40,439 bases of DNA from Octopus sinensis (GCF_006345805.1 NW_021835379.1:1-40439), one strand, 5' to 3'; shown: positions 12,801 to 25,195, counted from the stretch's first letter. Numbers and translations: made by a program. The notes: generated by a model not told the origin, from the sequence alone.

Positions 12801-13052
12801 ATGTGAAAAATTAGTCGAAAGTTTAAAACTTACTGTTTTAACGGAAGAGAGGGTGTAGTTTCACCCTCATCTTTTCTGTCTGTGAGTGTTGTGTTTTGCG
12901 AGGTCAGTTTTTTTTGCGTATTGCCTGTACAGATGGCTCTATAGTATAAAATTCTACATTTTCAGAAATAGTATTATTTACATCTGTTGCGATATATTTT
13001 TTCGGCGATTTCATTAAAATAATTTGGTCTCTTAATAGTTTATTATTTTTAT

Positions 13053-14385
13053 TTATCGCCGTGAAGGTGTTTCTTTTTTTAATGTTAGGCGATTGTGGAG
13101 GGGTGTGTGTGCGTGTGTTTGTGGGGGTATGTGTGCTTGTAGAAGCGTGGGTGTTTGTAGGTGTGTGTGTGCTTGTGGTAGGTGTGTGTGTTTGTGTGTG
13201 CTTTTTCCAGTGTGTATGTTTTTTTTGGCTACGTGTGAGTTAGCGACTGTATTTGTGGGTGTGGGTGTGCTTGTCTGTCTCGGAGCATAGTCCTGTGTAT
13301 CCGAAGAGGGTGGGTTTTTCCGTTTCCGTCTTCCTTTTAAGGTGCTACGGTGACCCACTCCTGGATGTTATTGTTGATGTTGTCGTCGTCGTTGTTGTTG
13401 TTGATTTCTCCCGCTGTCGGCTGAACTTCGGCAATTGGGGTGCGCGATGTGGCTGCTATTTCTAGCGGTGTGGTTGTTGTCTTCGACGTCGTGCTTGCCT
13501 TTTCGGCAGCATTTTCTTTGGCTGTCTTCTTCTTACAGCTCGACCTTATGTGGCCTTTCTCGCCACATTAGTAACATCATGGCTTTCTCCTCTCGACTAC
13601 TACCATCATGCAGGTATTTTCTCCAATTGTGAGGGAACTGGGCAATTTTTCTAAGTCTGAGGGGTTTGCTTGGATCACAAGCTCTAAATCTTGTCCAAAC
13701 CAGTTCATGTGGCGATATCTCTTAGGCAGAAGAATGGCAATTTCTTCCTCTTTGCCTAAGAGAATAGCGGCTATGACAAAGGCCACATCTATTTCGGGTG
13801 GAATATCCGTGACCGTTATTTTCGAAGTTCTCTTTCCTAAATAAGTCGGGAGGAGAACTACATCTTCCGACTTCAATGTCCTTGTTGAATGTTTCCTAGC
13901 TTTTTCTTCGCTAGGGAAACGCACCTCTACAGTGCCAAAGCGACTACCCCTCGTTATATAACTTATTTGTTGCCATATCGGCCTCAAGCATTTTTCTATG
14001 GCTTCCCTCGGCACGAAGTCAATTTTCCTATTTTCACATGATATGTTTTGTATATTACAGTCTTCTCTCCGTCGCGTAAATTAATTCACTGGGAGGGAGC
14101 AACTTCACATTATCACCTTTTTTTTAGTAAACCTTGGTATTTCTTTAATTCTTCTTTGTTAATAACTATATTATCACAGGGGCGAGTTGCTGCAGTTGCA
14201 AAATTTATTTTTGACTTTTCCTGTTGTGTAGTAGCCTCGCTAGACATCTTGTCGTCTGCTTTAGTAACGCGCGCGTGAGACGCCTCTTTACTTTTACCTT
14301 CCTCCTCCCACATTTTCGCCTTCATGACTTCTAACAAATTTTCAAAGTTTTCCTCGGACTCGGAAGAAATTGGTGGCAAATTCAT
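13053..14385 (-). pseudogene. Tx1-type ORF1 (gag-like, zinc knuckle), disrupted
   Basis: ATG at 14385 (MNLPPISSES...), RRM-like FGTVEVRF region, CY*CGEKGHIRSSC (CX2CX4HX4C) near 13540-13580, then a basic T/H-rich tail. Confidence 0.8.
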
Positions 14386-14590
14386 GTTTTTCGTCGCTTC
14401 CCCCCTTGAAACAAGGGGGAAAGAACAGCAAAACTCTGCTGCAACAGCAGAAAAGAAGGGGTCTCGACGACCAAAACAGCAAATTTTCACAATTTTCAGC
14501 ACAAAAACAATCTTTCACTGCGGAGCAAAGAATAACATGACCGATCAGATAGAAAGAGCGGTAATTATTGTTTTCTTTCTCTGTTTCTCT

Positions 14591-15028
14591 TGTAACAGGA
14601 TGAGAGTTCAGGAACACTGGTGGGGTGTCCGGTCTGATCTTGTCACATACAAGTTGAAGATACGGAACCAAAGTCAGGCTGTCTTCAATAACAACAATAG
14701 TAGTTTATTCTGCGGTTCACAGGTAAAACATATACATATGTATTTCTTGTGGGGAAACTGGCAGCCGAGTCCACAGGACTGTTTACAATGTTCACTCGTG
14801 TGAGCCAAGAAGATACGGTGTTCGTTCCGCTTCGAAGTGGGAGCTTCTCTGTGCGTAGGGTGTTCCCTGAGAGAAGTCGAGCCACGTCCGATCGCTAGCT
14901 CTGCTCTGCTAGAAAGACCGATTTAGTGGTCACGCTTTCAGGTTGAAGTTCCTGCGCATGCGCATGAGGAAACTTCTGGTGGCCAACCGGAGGTAATCCA
15001 ATTCTGCGCATGTGCACTGAAACTTACA
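14591..15028 (-). mobile_element. Probable solo LTR (438 bp)
   Basis: Bounded by TGTAA...TTACA, GC/CpG richer than its flanks, and with AATAAA on minus near 14705. No TSD found. Confidence 0.5.
14953..15016. promoter_or_regulatory. Two NRF1/Ewg-type motifs
   Basis: TGCGCATGCGCA at 14953-14964 is the exact palindromic consensus; TGCGCATGTGCA at 15005-15016 has one mismatch. Confidence 0.4.
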
Positions 15029-15224
15029 CAGAAGTGTCACTACACCATAATTCTTGTCTTTATTTTTGGCTCTCTAATTTCGTTTTTGTTCACCTCCACC
15101 CACCTCTTTCTCATTTTCAGGAGTTATTCTTTTTACACTATCCCCAATTCCGCATCTCAAAGCTGGCTCTCGTTTATCAAACAGACCGGCGAAGCTTAGG
15201 TTACCTTCAGACGGTTCTGAAATC

Positions 15225-15470
15225 ACCATCATCCTCATCATTGTTATCATCACCATCATCATCCTCCCCATCATCATCACCATCATTATTATCAGTATCA
15301 TCGTCATTTTACGTTTGTCTTCCATGCTGTCATTAGTTGAACTGTTTGGCAGAATCTGATAAGCCAGAGGATTGTGTTGAATGCCAATGTCTGCTTTTTA
15401 CGACAGTTTCTACAGATGGGTGTCCTTCCTATTGCCAGTCATTTCACAGAGTGTACTGGATGTTCTTTTA
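15225..15470 (-). mobile_element. Diverged RTE-type 3' tail with (GAT)n end
   Basis: catcat tract followed by ttttacgtttgtcttccatgc and gtttctacagatgggtgtccttcctattgcca, homologous to the units at 30630-31280. Confidence 0.5.
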
Positions 15471-15989
15471 AGAGTATTGTCACTAATGAGGCCACAAAGT
15501 AACTCAATTCTGAATTTCAGTTTGGAAAGAAGTGAAGGAAAATAGGAATGGATCAGGGAAGATGAGGTGATAAGTGGCAATACTTAAAGGGTCAGTTGTG
15601 GAGAGAAATAGAGAGATGATGTGAAGCGTGTGGAGTTGGAGAGAGAGGTGAGTACTGTACAGAGGTATATAAAAGTCAAAATTAATATGCAAAGCTGTTT
15701 AGGGTTAATGGGGCATTCAGTGGAAAATATAGTGGTAAGAGGTAATATTGCGAATAAAAGATGGTTGACAAGAGAAGTGGTGCCAAAAACAAAAGTTGGA
15801 TGAAATATGTGCAGCTTTGTTCTCTTGTAATTACAGTATTTGAGTAAATAGTGCTATAATTAAAAGAGTGATGAAGCGGCTGATGTTATAAAGATGAGTT
15901 GTAGAAAAGGTTTGATCGGGACAGATGTTTTGTAGGGTTATAGGCGTATATAATACGCTTTTAGAATCTCATTTTTTTGGTTGAGATAA

Positions 15990-16510
15990 AAAGGTCTTCT
16001 TGAGCACAGCAAGTCACCAGTCATCTCTGTTTTTATCATCTCTTGCATGAGGCTCAATATCATGAAATCGATCTTCATTACTTCATCCCATATCTTCCTG
16101 GGTTTCCCTTTTCTATAAATTCCATCTACATTTAGCACATCAATGTGCATCACAGTACCATACCAGTGTAGTCTTCTTCCTTGCACACTACATCGGATAA
16201 CTCTTATACCCAATTTTTCTCTCAGCAGATTTGCACTTTGTAGCATATTGCATATTGACTTTGCACATCTGGTAAAGCATGCTAATTTCATTTCTTTGCA
16301 ACCTTTACATGTCTTCTGCTTTCGAGGACTATGTTTCACTACCATTTAGCATTGCTGTTCATGCACAATATCAGTCTGAGAGAGACGCTTTTTCATACCA
16401 ACAGAGGTAATAGCTCTCAGAAGTTTCTTCACTCACTTCTAATTTTAGCAACTGTGCTTTCAGAACATCCTACTCCTCTACTAATTAGGTCATCTAGTTA
16501 ACAGCAACAA
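15990..16510 (-). mobile_element. RTE-clade LINE 3' coding fragment
   Basis: LREKLGIRVIRCSVQGRRLHWYGTVMH...GKPRKIWDEV, the typical RTE C-terminus; degraded. Confidence 0.75.
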
Positions 16511-17123
16511 CCTACTGTCTATAAGTAGATTAAATGCACTTGAACCCAGACAGGATAATCTTAGTTCAGACATGAACCCAGGAAGTACAATCTTAGCTCA
16601 CTTTGAGGGCAAAGAATGGACTCAAATATACCACATAAAACAAAATATGGAATATTTACTACACAGATAAATGTGATTGTTTTTCTGAATATTCACTTTG
16701 TCAGCTGTCACTGAATGTAATATGTAGTAAGTGTTGAGTCACAGGTGATTGGTACATATACCACCCAGGAAGAGACAAATGAACAAAGCAATTATCTTAT
16801 ATAATGAAAAATAAAGGCATTGGAGGGGCAATGCATATCCTATGCACAGATTATATTTTTCATAAACTATAGTGTAGATTGTAATGTGTTGCTTGCCCAT
16901 GCTTTTTAATTGAACTGAATTAATTTTTTTAAAAGTATCGCCATTAAAGGTATTTATACTCCAGTGAAATTAAGTAATCAACTCCTCTATAGGCAAAACC
17001 CTGAAATCCATCAGTGTACACACTCACACACACATACATACACACGCACATGCACACATACATACACGCAGTTGCAGCTCTATGTATGTATTTATATGAC
17101 TTTTACTCTTTTTACTCTTTTAC

Positions 17124-17478
17124 TTGTTTCAGTCATTTGACTGTGGCCATGCTGGAGCACCACCTTTAGATGAGCAAATCAACCTCAGGACTTATTCTTT
17201 TGTAAGCCCAGTACTTATTCTATCGGTCTCTTTTGCTGAACTGCTAAGTTACAGCGACGTAAACACACCAGCATCGGTTGTCAAGCAATGTTGGTGGAGA
17301 CACACACAAACACACATATATATACATATACATATATACGATGGGCTTCTTTCAGTTTCCATCTACAAAATCCACTCACAAAGCTTTGGTCGGCCTGAGG
17401 CTATAGTAGAAACACTTGCCCAAGGTGCCACTCAGTGGGACTGAACCAGAAACCATGTGGTTGGTAAGGAAGCTACTT
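17124..17478 (-). mobile_element. SINE family A (tRNA-like head, CORE-like ccttgggcaagtg block, internal TA/CA tract), 5' clipped
   Basis: Same sequence as the copies at 31365-32040 and 34865-35492. Confidence 0.85.
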
Positions 17479-17499
17479 TATTTCAATAAATTTGCCATG

Positions 17500-20400
17500 T
17501 AGGCATAATACAAAGGGGACAAACAAGGACAGACAAACATAGAATAGTGAAGTAGCTTAAAGCGTTGTTATGAATTGATTAAAAATATGAAAAAGGCGAA
17601 TAATTAAAAATAAAATAATATAAAATACATTGCGTTATGCAATGTGACACCGAAAGAAAGGCATCTGACATCAGGGTGGGGCCTTTGCTTTTCTTCCAGC
17701 TCTCCACATACTTGGTGCCAATCACTCCCAGCTTTCTTACCACAGGCTTCCATCTCATCTCGAATTTCTCACGTGACAGGTACTGCTTCCCCAGCCTGAT
17801 CTTGCTGTTGAGGTGGTAACTAAAAAATTTGACCAACCCTTAGTCAGATACAAAAGTACCCATCACAATCCCTTTCACATGTGTCTTCCATACCGTTTCT
17901 TTTAAAATGGCTACCACACCATAAAAACAGGCCTTCCTTTCCCTGCTAAGAGAAGAAAGCAGCACAATCTTGATGATGGATTCAGCTGATAGCTGTACTC
18001 TTCCCATCGATGACAACAGTCGTTCTGTGAAAGCTATCAATCCCGATAATTGCGGACATCCCACGAATGCATTGCAAGATGGTTTCCCTGTCCTGCCCAC
18101 ATCTCGAACATGATGGTGAGGTGGCACTTCCGTGCCTTGAAAGCTTATCACGAACCAGTAACACCACATGGAAGCACTGCCAAGCAAGGGATTTCTGGTA
18201 ATTATCCAGATACCCTGTCCCGAATGTTCTCCTGAACAGGTTGATCAACTGATTTTCATCGTAGCCCAGGGTCTCCCCCAAGGCGTCTTCAGACATTAAT
18301 CCCTCTAACCCACTATAAAAATCTGTGGTGGAACTTCTGCTGCCGGCATTGTCTGCCCGAGAGTGCCTTATGTCACTCCAAATGCCAATCCCCTAGTTTA
18401 GGTCTCTGCTTGATCCATGTACCAGTGTTTGTTAAGGACTTTAACCTCGGAAGGTAGAACCAGACGTGCAGTTACCACACCTGTTCTCCATCCAGGTAAA
18501 TCCAGAGGTGCCTCAGCTGTAACACAAATTTTTCATCCTCAGAAAAGGCATCCCTAGCTCACCCTTCAGTGGCTTCTGGCAGCAGACAGAGCGCTTCACA
18601 AGAGGCTTTCCTCCTTTCCACAGAAAGCAGAAAAAGATTCTCTCCAACTTGTTCAGCCACAAATCAGGGCAAGGCACCATGGTCAGACGGTAGGTGATAA
18701 CAGATGCTATAAACATCTACACCAACTCCACCTCCCTTAGCAAGGATAACATCTGCCCAGACTAAGTCTGGGTCAGAGCAGTCACCTTACTGGCTACCTC
18801 ACTCCAATATTTCTCTATCTGGAGGTCTGGTCCAAACCAGACGCCAAGCAGCTTAACAGGACCTTCTGTCCAATGCCCTACAACATTATTGGACGACATC
18901 GGCTTGCCTCTCCACGTGCTGAGTTGCAAACCGACTGACTTGTCCTTGTTAACCTTTGTTCCCGCCACCACCTCATAACTTTTGATGGCCTCTTCCACCA
19001 CTGGAAGCTGGCTCTCATCCACCACAATGATGGAGATGTCATCCACATACACTGTAGCTCCACCTCCACACCACAGATCATTCGGTGTGCCTCCTAGTGC
19101 TTCCAGCTTCTGCAGCAATCACTCAAGAGCCAGTACATACAAAAGCGGAGACAGGGGATACCCCTGACGCACTGAGAGTTCGATCCTGAATGGTTTCGAG
19201 AAGAATCCATTTACTTTGACTGCAGAATCGATGTTGCTGTACAAAGCAGCAATCCAACCATGGAAGGTTGGGCCTAGGCCAGCCTTTCCAAGGACTACTG
19301 CCAAGTACCGATGGTCGACCCTATCAAACGCTTTAGACTGGTCTAAATGTACCAGTGCCCCTCCTGTGCCAGAAAGATTCCCTACCCTCTCTAAGGTGTA
19401 ACATTGAAGATGGAGATTGTCACGGATCAACCTGCCCGGGATCACCTTCCAGCACCTCAATCACCTCCTCGGCTGTGATTGACCCTTCACAGCACTCAGC
19501 TTCTCACACCGAGAGACATGGGCCACCAGACAGGAAGCCCCTAAGGGCCTCATCATGATCCAGCTTCCCACTCATCCCGAACAACTCAGCAAAGTGTTCG
19601 TAAAGTGCCTCACACATCTCGTCCTGTCTTTCGACTGAACTCCAACTATCATCAGTCAGAGACCTAATTGTGGCATCATTGCCACACTGGGTTTCTACCG
19701 TACGGGCTTATCTGGCAACATTAATTCAGTTATTAACCATCAGTTATTAACCACAGAGCCAGTTAACGCTCTCTATACTAATTCCTTAATCTGACTACGG
19801 CATGCTTCACAAGTCAAAATAGACTTGTTCAGCTTCCAGTAACCGGATCCTCTCTTAACTGCACTATCTATGTTCAGCTTACACTTAACCATTCTATGGT
19901 CCGTGTAGGATACTTGAACAAGATGTGGACAAATAAAGCTAGCCTTATCTCTAGCTCTTATCACTATCCTATCTAAGTAAGACTTGAACTTTCTATCGCC
20001 ATTCATCCAGGTTCACTCTGGGACATTCAGATGGTCAAGTCTGTAACAATCCTCTAGCTGAAATCGCTTAAGCAGATCTATGAGACGTGAGTTCATTTTC
20101 CTATCAATTGAGCCAACACTGTCAATGCGTGCATCAACGAGAGCATTATTGTCACCTAACACCATTAATGTCTTTGACGTTATGAGAAAGGTCTCTAGGC
20201 GTTGATAAAAATTTGTTTGCAATCCTCTAGCACAGGGTGCATAGATTCCGATCAACCTGAAGGATCTACCACTGTACCTCATATCAAGAACGACCAGCCC
20301 ACCTTCAGAGTCCACATAGACTGTACTTGTCTGCAGAGTCAAGCCTTTTCAGACAAGTACTACTACACCCCCTCGACTTCCAGTCTGGCTAGGAGACATA

Positions 20401-21470
20401 GTTTTTTCATAGCCATTCAGGAGGGGCAAGAAGGTTTTCAAACTGTCCTGCTTGGTCTCTGTAGCAACCATCACATGTATATCATGTGATCTGAGGTCAT
20501 CGAGGAGGCAAGCTTGCTTCCACTTCAAGCTCAGACCATGTACATTTAAGCACCCCAAGTTAAGTGAAACCATAAACCTGGGAGAAAAAAACAAAGGCTC
20601 TACTTACCCTTACTTGGAGATTCTGGGGCCAATCTCACCAAACGTGAGTCAGCCTCCTCCTTTCTGTCCTTCTCCAGGCATTCGGGTTGGTCTTTGACCC
20701 TCCTGATGCCTCTCAGATGCCTATCCTTCATCTGCCTGAATAGGTTTTCCCCCATCCAGGCACGATTCATATGTGTGTCATTTAGATTCAAAAGTTTCAC
20801 CGTAATGTGTTGTGGAATTTGTCCTTCCAAGTAATTGTCTTTAGAGTCATATTCGATTAAAATTGTTTCTTCATTCTTTTGTGTTTTTTTCTGGGGCGAT
20901 GGAGTGGGGTCTTATTTTTGTTATCTGTGGTGTAGGGTTGTCTTTTTTCCCGTGGGGATGTGGGTGGGGAAGGTGCATGTAAATGTTTGCGAATTGTTGT
21001 GAATTCCCCTTTGGACATCTCCATGGTGTCGTCTGGGGATGTTGTGTTTGAAATACAAGGTGCCTCAGAAATCAGGTAGGCGGGTTTTTTTTATTAATGT
21101 GGGGGTTTGTGTATGCTGGGGTTGGGTCTTTTCATTACTTTGTTTGGAGGTGGCACCACAACAGGGAGATTGGGAGCATTTGTTTTTGTGTGAGCTAGTG
21201 TAGGTGTGGGTTTGGGGATGTTTTGAATAGTTGTGGGGACTGGTGTCTGTAAGAGTTTTTTTATCTTTTTTTCTTCTTTTCCTCCTCTTCTTTTTTATTT
21301 CACAATCGCTTCGAATGTGACCTTTTTTTCCACATTCGAAGCAAGTGACCTTTTTTATCCTCTGCTTGAACTCAGAGGGTAACTTTTTCACCCATGCATA
21401 CCCAGTCCGGAGGGTTTTCCATGGCTGAAATGCACTGCCCTGTCCAGGCAGAGCATGAAATCTGGAGGAA
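17500..21470 (-). mobile_element. Second L1/Tx1-clade LINE, 5' truncated and decayed
   Basis: CFECGKKGHIRSDC knuckle (21065-21391 ORF), MVSLNLGCLNVHGL, SYLDRI, SYTDH, YWKLN, LDQSKAFDRVDH, RQGYPLSPLLY, YVDD, KLLGVWFG. Clearly diverged from the 9.2-14.5 kb copy. Confidence 0.9.
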
Positions 21471-22290
21471 TTGTATTTTGTCTGTCCTGTTGTACAACAG
21501 GGTAGCCATTACCCCTAATATGTAAACCATACTGGTACTCATATCAACATTTGGACTTCTTAACTAGATGCTAGATAAGATCTCAATTATTGATGTTGAA
21601 GACACCAAATTGTTAATTTATAGAAAAACTGACATAGACTGCTTTTACTTAAAATAAAATTAAAGCTGCAGATGCTTAGAATCAATTTAAACAGCATTTG
21701 AATGTCACATCATATCCCTTCAACAGCTTCTACTGACCACCAGATGTTGAAATTTAGCTATGGATTGTGGCTACATATACGAGGCAGATAACATCATAAG
21801 AGTTTGAAAGGAGCTTTTAAGAAAGTATTCTCTGACCTATGATCAGGGATACACACCCAGAGAAGTCGAAAAACTCTACTTCAACAAATCTTGAGAAGAG
21901 AAGCTGTATACACATCACAAAAAAAAGCCATACACAGCTATGTTCAAAGAAATCTTCAAAGTAACACCAGCACTGATAACCAGAGTTATTAACAACAAGA
22001 TATTAACTCTTACTTTAAAGGATACGCTTTTGCAATACTAGAACCAGAAATAACAACTGCTTGAGGAATAAAATTGACAAAAAGGATATAGACCACCCAA
22101 ATCATTAGAAAAAACTTCCATAGAAATAATAATCCTGAGGATACTAATACAAGAAGCTACTGAGATATGGAGAATATAATCCAACAGAATATGAAAGAAT
22201 CCTAATGGAATGTTCTTATAGACTAACAAAATGTAAACTTAACCGACCAGATTTAATGATCTACACACTTGTAATCAGTCACTCAGTAGT

Positions 22291-22400
22291 TCATCATCAT
22301 TATCATCATCATTTAAACATCTGTTGTCTGTGCTGGCATGAGTTGGATGTTTTGACCAGGACTGGTGAGATGAAGGACTGCACCAGACTCCAGTCGTATT
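22291..22400 (-). mobile_element. Diverged RTE-type 3' tail fragment
   Basis: catcat...tttaaacatc...gctggcatgagttggatg...gactgcaccagactccagtc, homologous to the 30.6-31.3 kb units. Confidence 0.55.
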
Positions 22401-22696
22401 TGCCATTGTTGTTAACATAATATTAAAGATGAGTAAAAGAGAACACATCTGAGTTGAATGGATGAGAAATCTGCTTTTAATCGATCCAGAATATGGTTCT
22501 ATATTTCTATCAAGGGTTTTGGAAGCACATAAAGTCAGAAAGAACACACCTAATCAAAAGATTACAAGTAATCAAGAGCGCTATCAAAATATGTAAAACA
22601 ATCAAGAAGTTTACCAAGTAATACGTGCACATACATATACGTAAATGTTTATATACATACAGGTAAAGATATTATACATACATAATACATACATAC

Positions 22697-24717
22697 ATGA
22701 TGGCTGCCTCCTCGTAATCGAGTATGGCCATTGCACGAGGCTTAGTTGTTAATGGTGCTGTGATCAAATGTGACTTTTCAGTCCAGCTAAAGATCTACTA
22801 TGTCTTGTACAGAATTGGTAGCTAAAACCTTTATTGGCAATGCTGGCTGTAGTTGTAATTGGGCTTCATGTACCTTTGCATGTCGTTTTAGTCCTCCCGC
22901 CAAATCACACTCCCTTCCACATGCCTGAAAGATATGATTAGTATGGTGTGTAGCACCACCACCAGTGGCCTGGTAGTCAATCATTGGTCTTGCTTTATGA
23001 CTACGAAGATGACTCTTGAGTCCAGCATTACTGAGGCAGGGTCTTTCACAGACAGTGCATTTCAACATCATAAGGAGATCTTTACTGTCTGGCAGTGCCA
23101 CTGCAATGCTCTTCCTGACATCCCTCCTCGCTTTCTGATGCCCAACTCAAGATTTCTCAAAAGTAGCTGTCCCCTCATGCACAACTCTTCTCTACCTACT
23201 ATGGTCAATAGCTATGTCCTCCCATGTGTCAGGAGAGATATCCTTTTTTTTTCATTTATGTGGAGGTTGTTCTCCTTTAGCTAACTCTCCATAAAAGAGT
23301 TGTTTTGGCATCCTTGAATCCTTCATCCTGACCAGATGACCACTCCATCTGAGCCTTCGCTTTAACACAAGAGCTTCTACACTTTCACACCGAGAGCCTT
23401 CCAATATTTGAAGATCACTGATGCGGTCCTTCCACTTGATGCCATAGATCCGTCTGAAACAAATCTGATGGAAACGTTCCAGTTGTTTAAGGTGGTATCG
23501 ATAGGTGACCCACGTCTCGCAGTCATAGAGAAGAGAAGGGAGCACACATGCCTTGTACAACTTTTTTTTTGTCTTTCTGCATATGTCTCGCGACTCCAGA
23601 GGCGCTTTTCTACCCTTCCGAAAGCAACACTTGCTTTCCTAATTCTATGTGGAATTTCATCATCCAAATTGCTATATCTATTAATAGTGCTTCCCAGGTA
23701 GACAAACTGATCAACTACATCAAGTCGTTTAACATACACATAGATATTTGGTACACTATACTGCTTACCAGGGGCAGATTGATGTATGACAACAGTTTTC
23801 TTGAGATTGACTGTCAATCCTAAGGCAGTGCAAGCATCTGAGAATGCATTAAAAATGTGTTGCATATCAATCTCTGTGTGTGCTACTAGATCACAATCAT
23901 CTGCATACAAAAGGTCTCTCATGATAGAGGTAAATACCTTTGTTTTCGCAGCAAAGTGCCTGATATTAAATATGCTGCCAGAGGTTCGATAATGGATGTA
24001 AACACCGTATCTGTAGTTTCTGAATGCAATACAGAACACCATCGCAAAATATATGGCAAATAGAGTCGGTGCCAGGATATCCCCCTATTTCCATTTTGTA
24101 TTGCAATGGCCTCCGACATTTTCCCTCTAACATTCACCCTACCATTCATGTCTTCATGAAAAGACCTAACCAAAGCAAGGAACTTTTCAGGACACCCAAG
24201 TTTCTGGAGGACTTTCCACAATGCTTTTCTATTGACGGTATCAAAGGCTTTTGTCAGATCTACAAAAAACTGATACAAATCCAGACCCTGTTCCTCACTT
24301 CTCCTGAAGCTGTCTAGCTGAAAAGATCATATCAGTAGTGCCACATCCCACACGAAAGCCAGATTGACTTTCTTGAAGAACACAGTCTGCAACGTATTTC
24401 AGCAGACGATCTTTAGTACCATGCATAAAACCTTTCCTACGACAGACAGCAATGATACTCCCCTATAATTACCCCAATCATTCCTGTTGCCCTTTCCCTT
24501 ATACAGGACCACCATTACTGTATCTCTCCAGTCCTCAGGTACAGATTCACTAGTCCATATCTTACCAAACAAAGAGTGAAGTTTCTGCAGAAGTTTCTCA
24601 CCACCATACTGTAACAACTCCGCATGTATGCCATCCATACCCGGAAACTTCCCATTATTCAACACTGAGACAGCCATTGCAACTTCTTCCAACTTTGGTG
24701 GTTCTGCGAGTGCTGCC
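22697..24717 (-). mobile_element. RTE/BovB-like LINE, 5' truncated, RT region and C-terminus
   Basis: GKFPGMDGIHAELL, NYRGVSLLSVVGK, ESQSGFR, FVDLTKAFDTVNR, LLYADDC, FVYLGS, VLPSLLYDCETW, LRWSGHLVRM, RMPKQLFYGEL, C-terminal CTVC...HLRSH. Several frameshifts. Confidence 0.9.
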
Positions 24718-25190
24718 TTTATAACATACAATGGAAGATTTTGGCCAGATGTAAGCCCTATACCAACAGCAGCGGAAGGTGCGGTCTATGCGACATGGAG
24801 AGTTGGCTTATCTGGAAAAGCAGCTTAGACCCTACTACATGTCTAAATACAAGGACAGAGCTTTTCGGATCATGCCCACGTGTGACTAAATTTCTGTTAC
24901 GTTTTTGGTCCCCTAAAGAAAACAGACAGAACATGCTTTCTATGTTATGTCCCAAGAAGAATTTATATATTTTTATATATTTTTATATATTTTTTATGTA
25001 TTTTTATATAATTTTTATGACGAAAAATGCGAGCAAACAGAGTTATAACAGAGTAATTTCCCTTTATTTAACGGTATTTTTTCCTAGCGTTTTCAAATAG
25101 CCAGATAACCGAAGAGATGGTGTTGTGGATTTCCACTTCGGCATCTGAAACTCAGAGTTTTATCTTGACTACCGAGTAATGTAACATATT

Positions 25191-25195
<5 letters not shown>
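24718..25195 (+). mobile_element. Penelope-like element 3' end (ORF C-terminus plus pseudo-LTR)
   Basis: YNIQWKILARCKPYTNSSGRCGLCDMESWLI...LNTRTELFGSCP.VTKFLL matches the PLE post-GIY-YIG C-terminus (C-x-L-C..E, LN.R.EL...C.H..KF.L). A hammerhead fold follows. Confidence 0.75.
25103..25165 (+). ncRNA. Type I hammerhead ribozyme motif with one core variant
   Basis: AGAUAA - CCGAAGA - GAUG...CAUC U - GAAA CU cag AG UU - UUAUCU. Helix I has 6 bp, helix II GAUG/CAUC carries an inner GUGG/CCAC hairpin, and the triplet is GUU. U4 of CUGANGA is C here. Confidence 0.55.

Larger units (their letters stand above)
9223..14545 (-). mobile_element. Near full-length L1/Tx1-clade non-LTR retrotransposon, inactivated
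   Basis: 5' UTR, ORF1 with CCHC knuckle, AT-rich spacer, ORF2 (APE, RT, Cys-rich C-terminus), and a 3' UTR ending AATAAAGAAATA next to a (TC)n tract. Confidence 0.9.

Noticed and set aside
21600-22250. Very old Penelope-like RT/linker remnant (IYRK, GYTP, PEITTA)
   Set aside because: Only three short motif echoes among many stops; not distinguishable from chance without a profile search.
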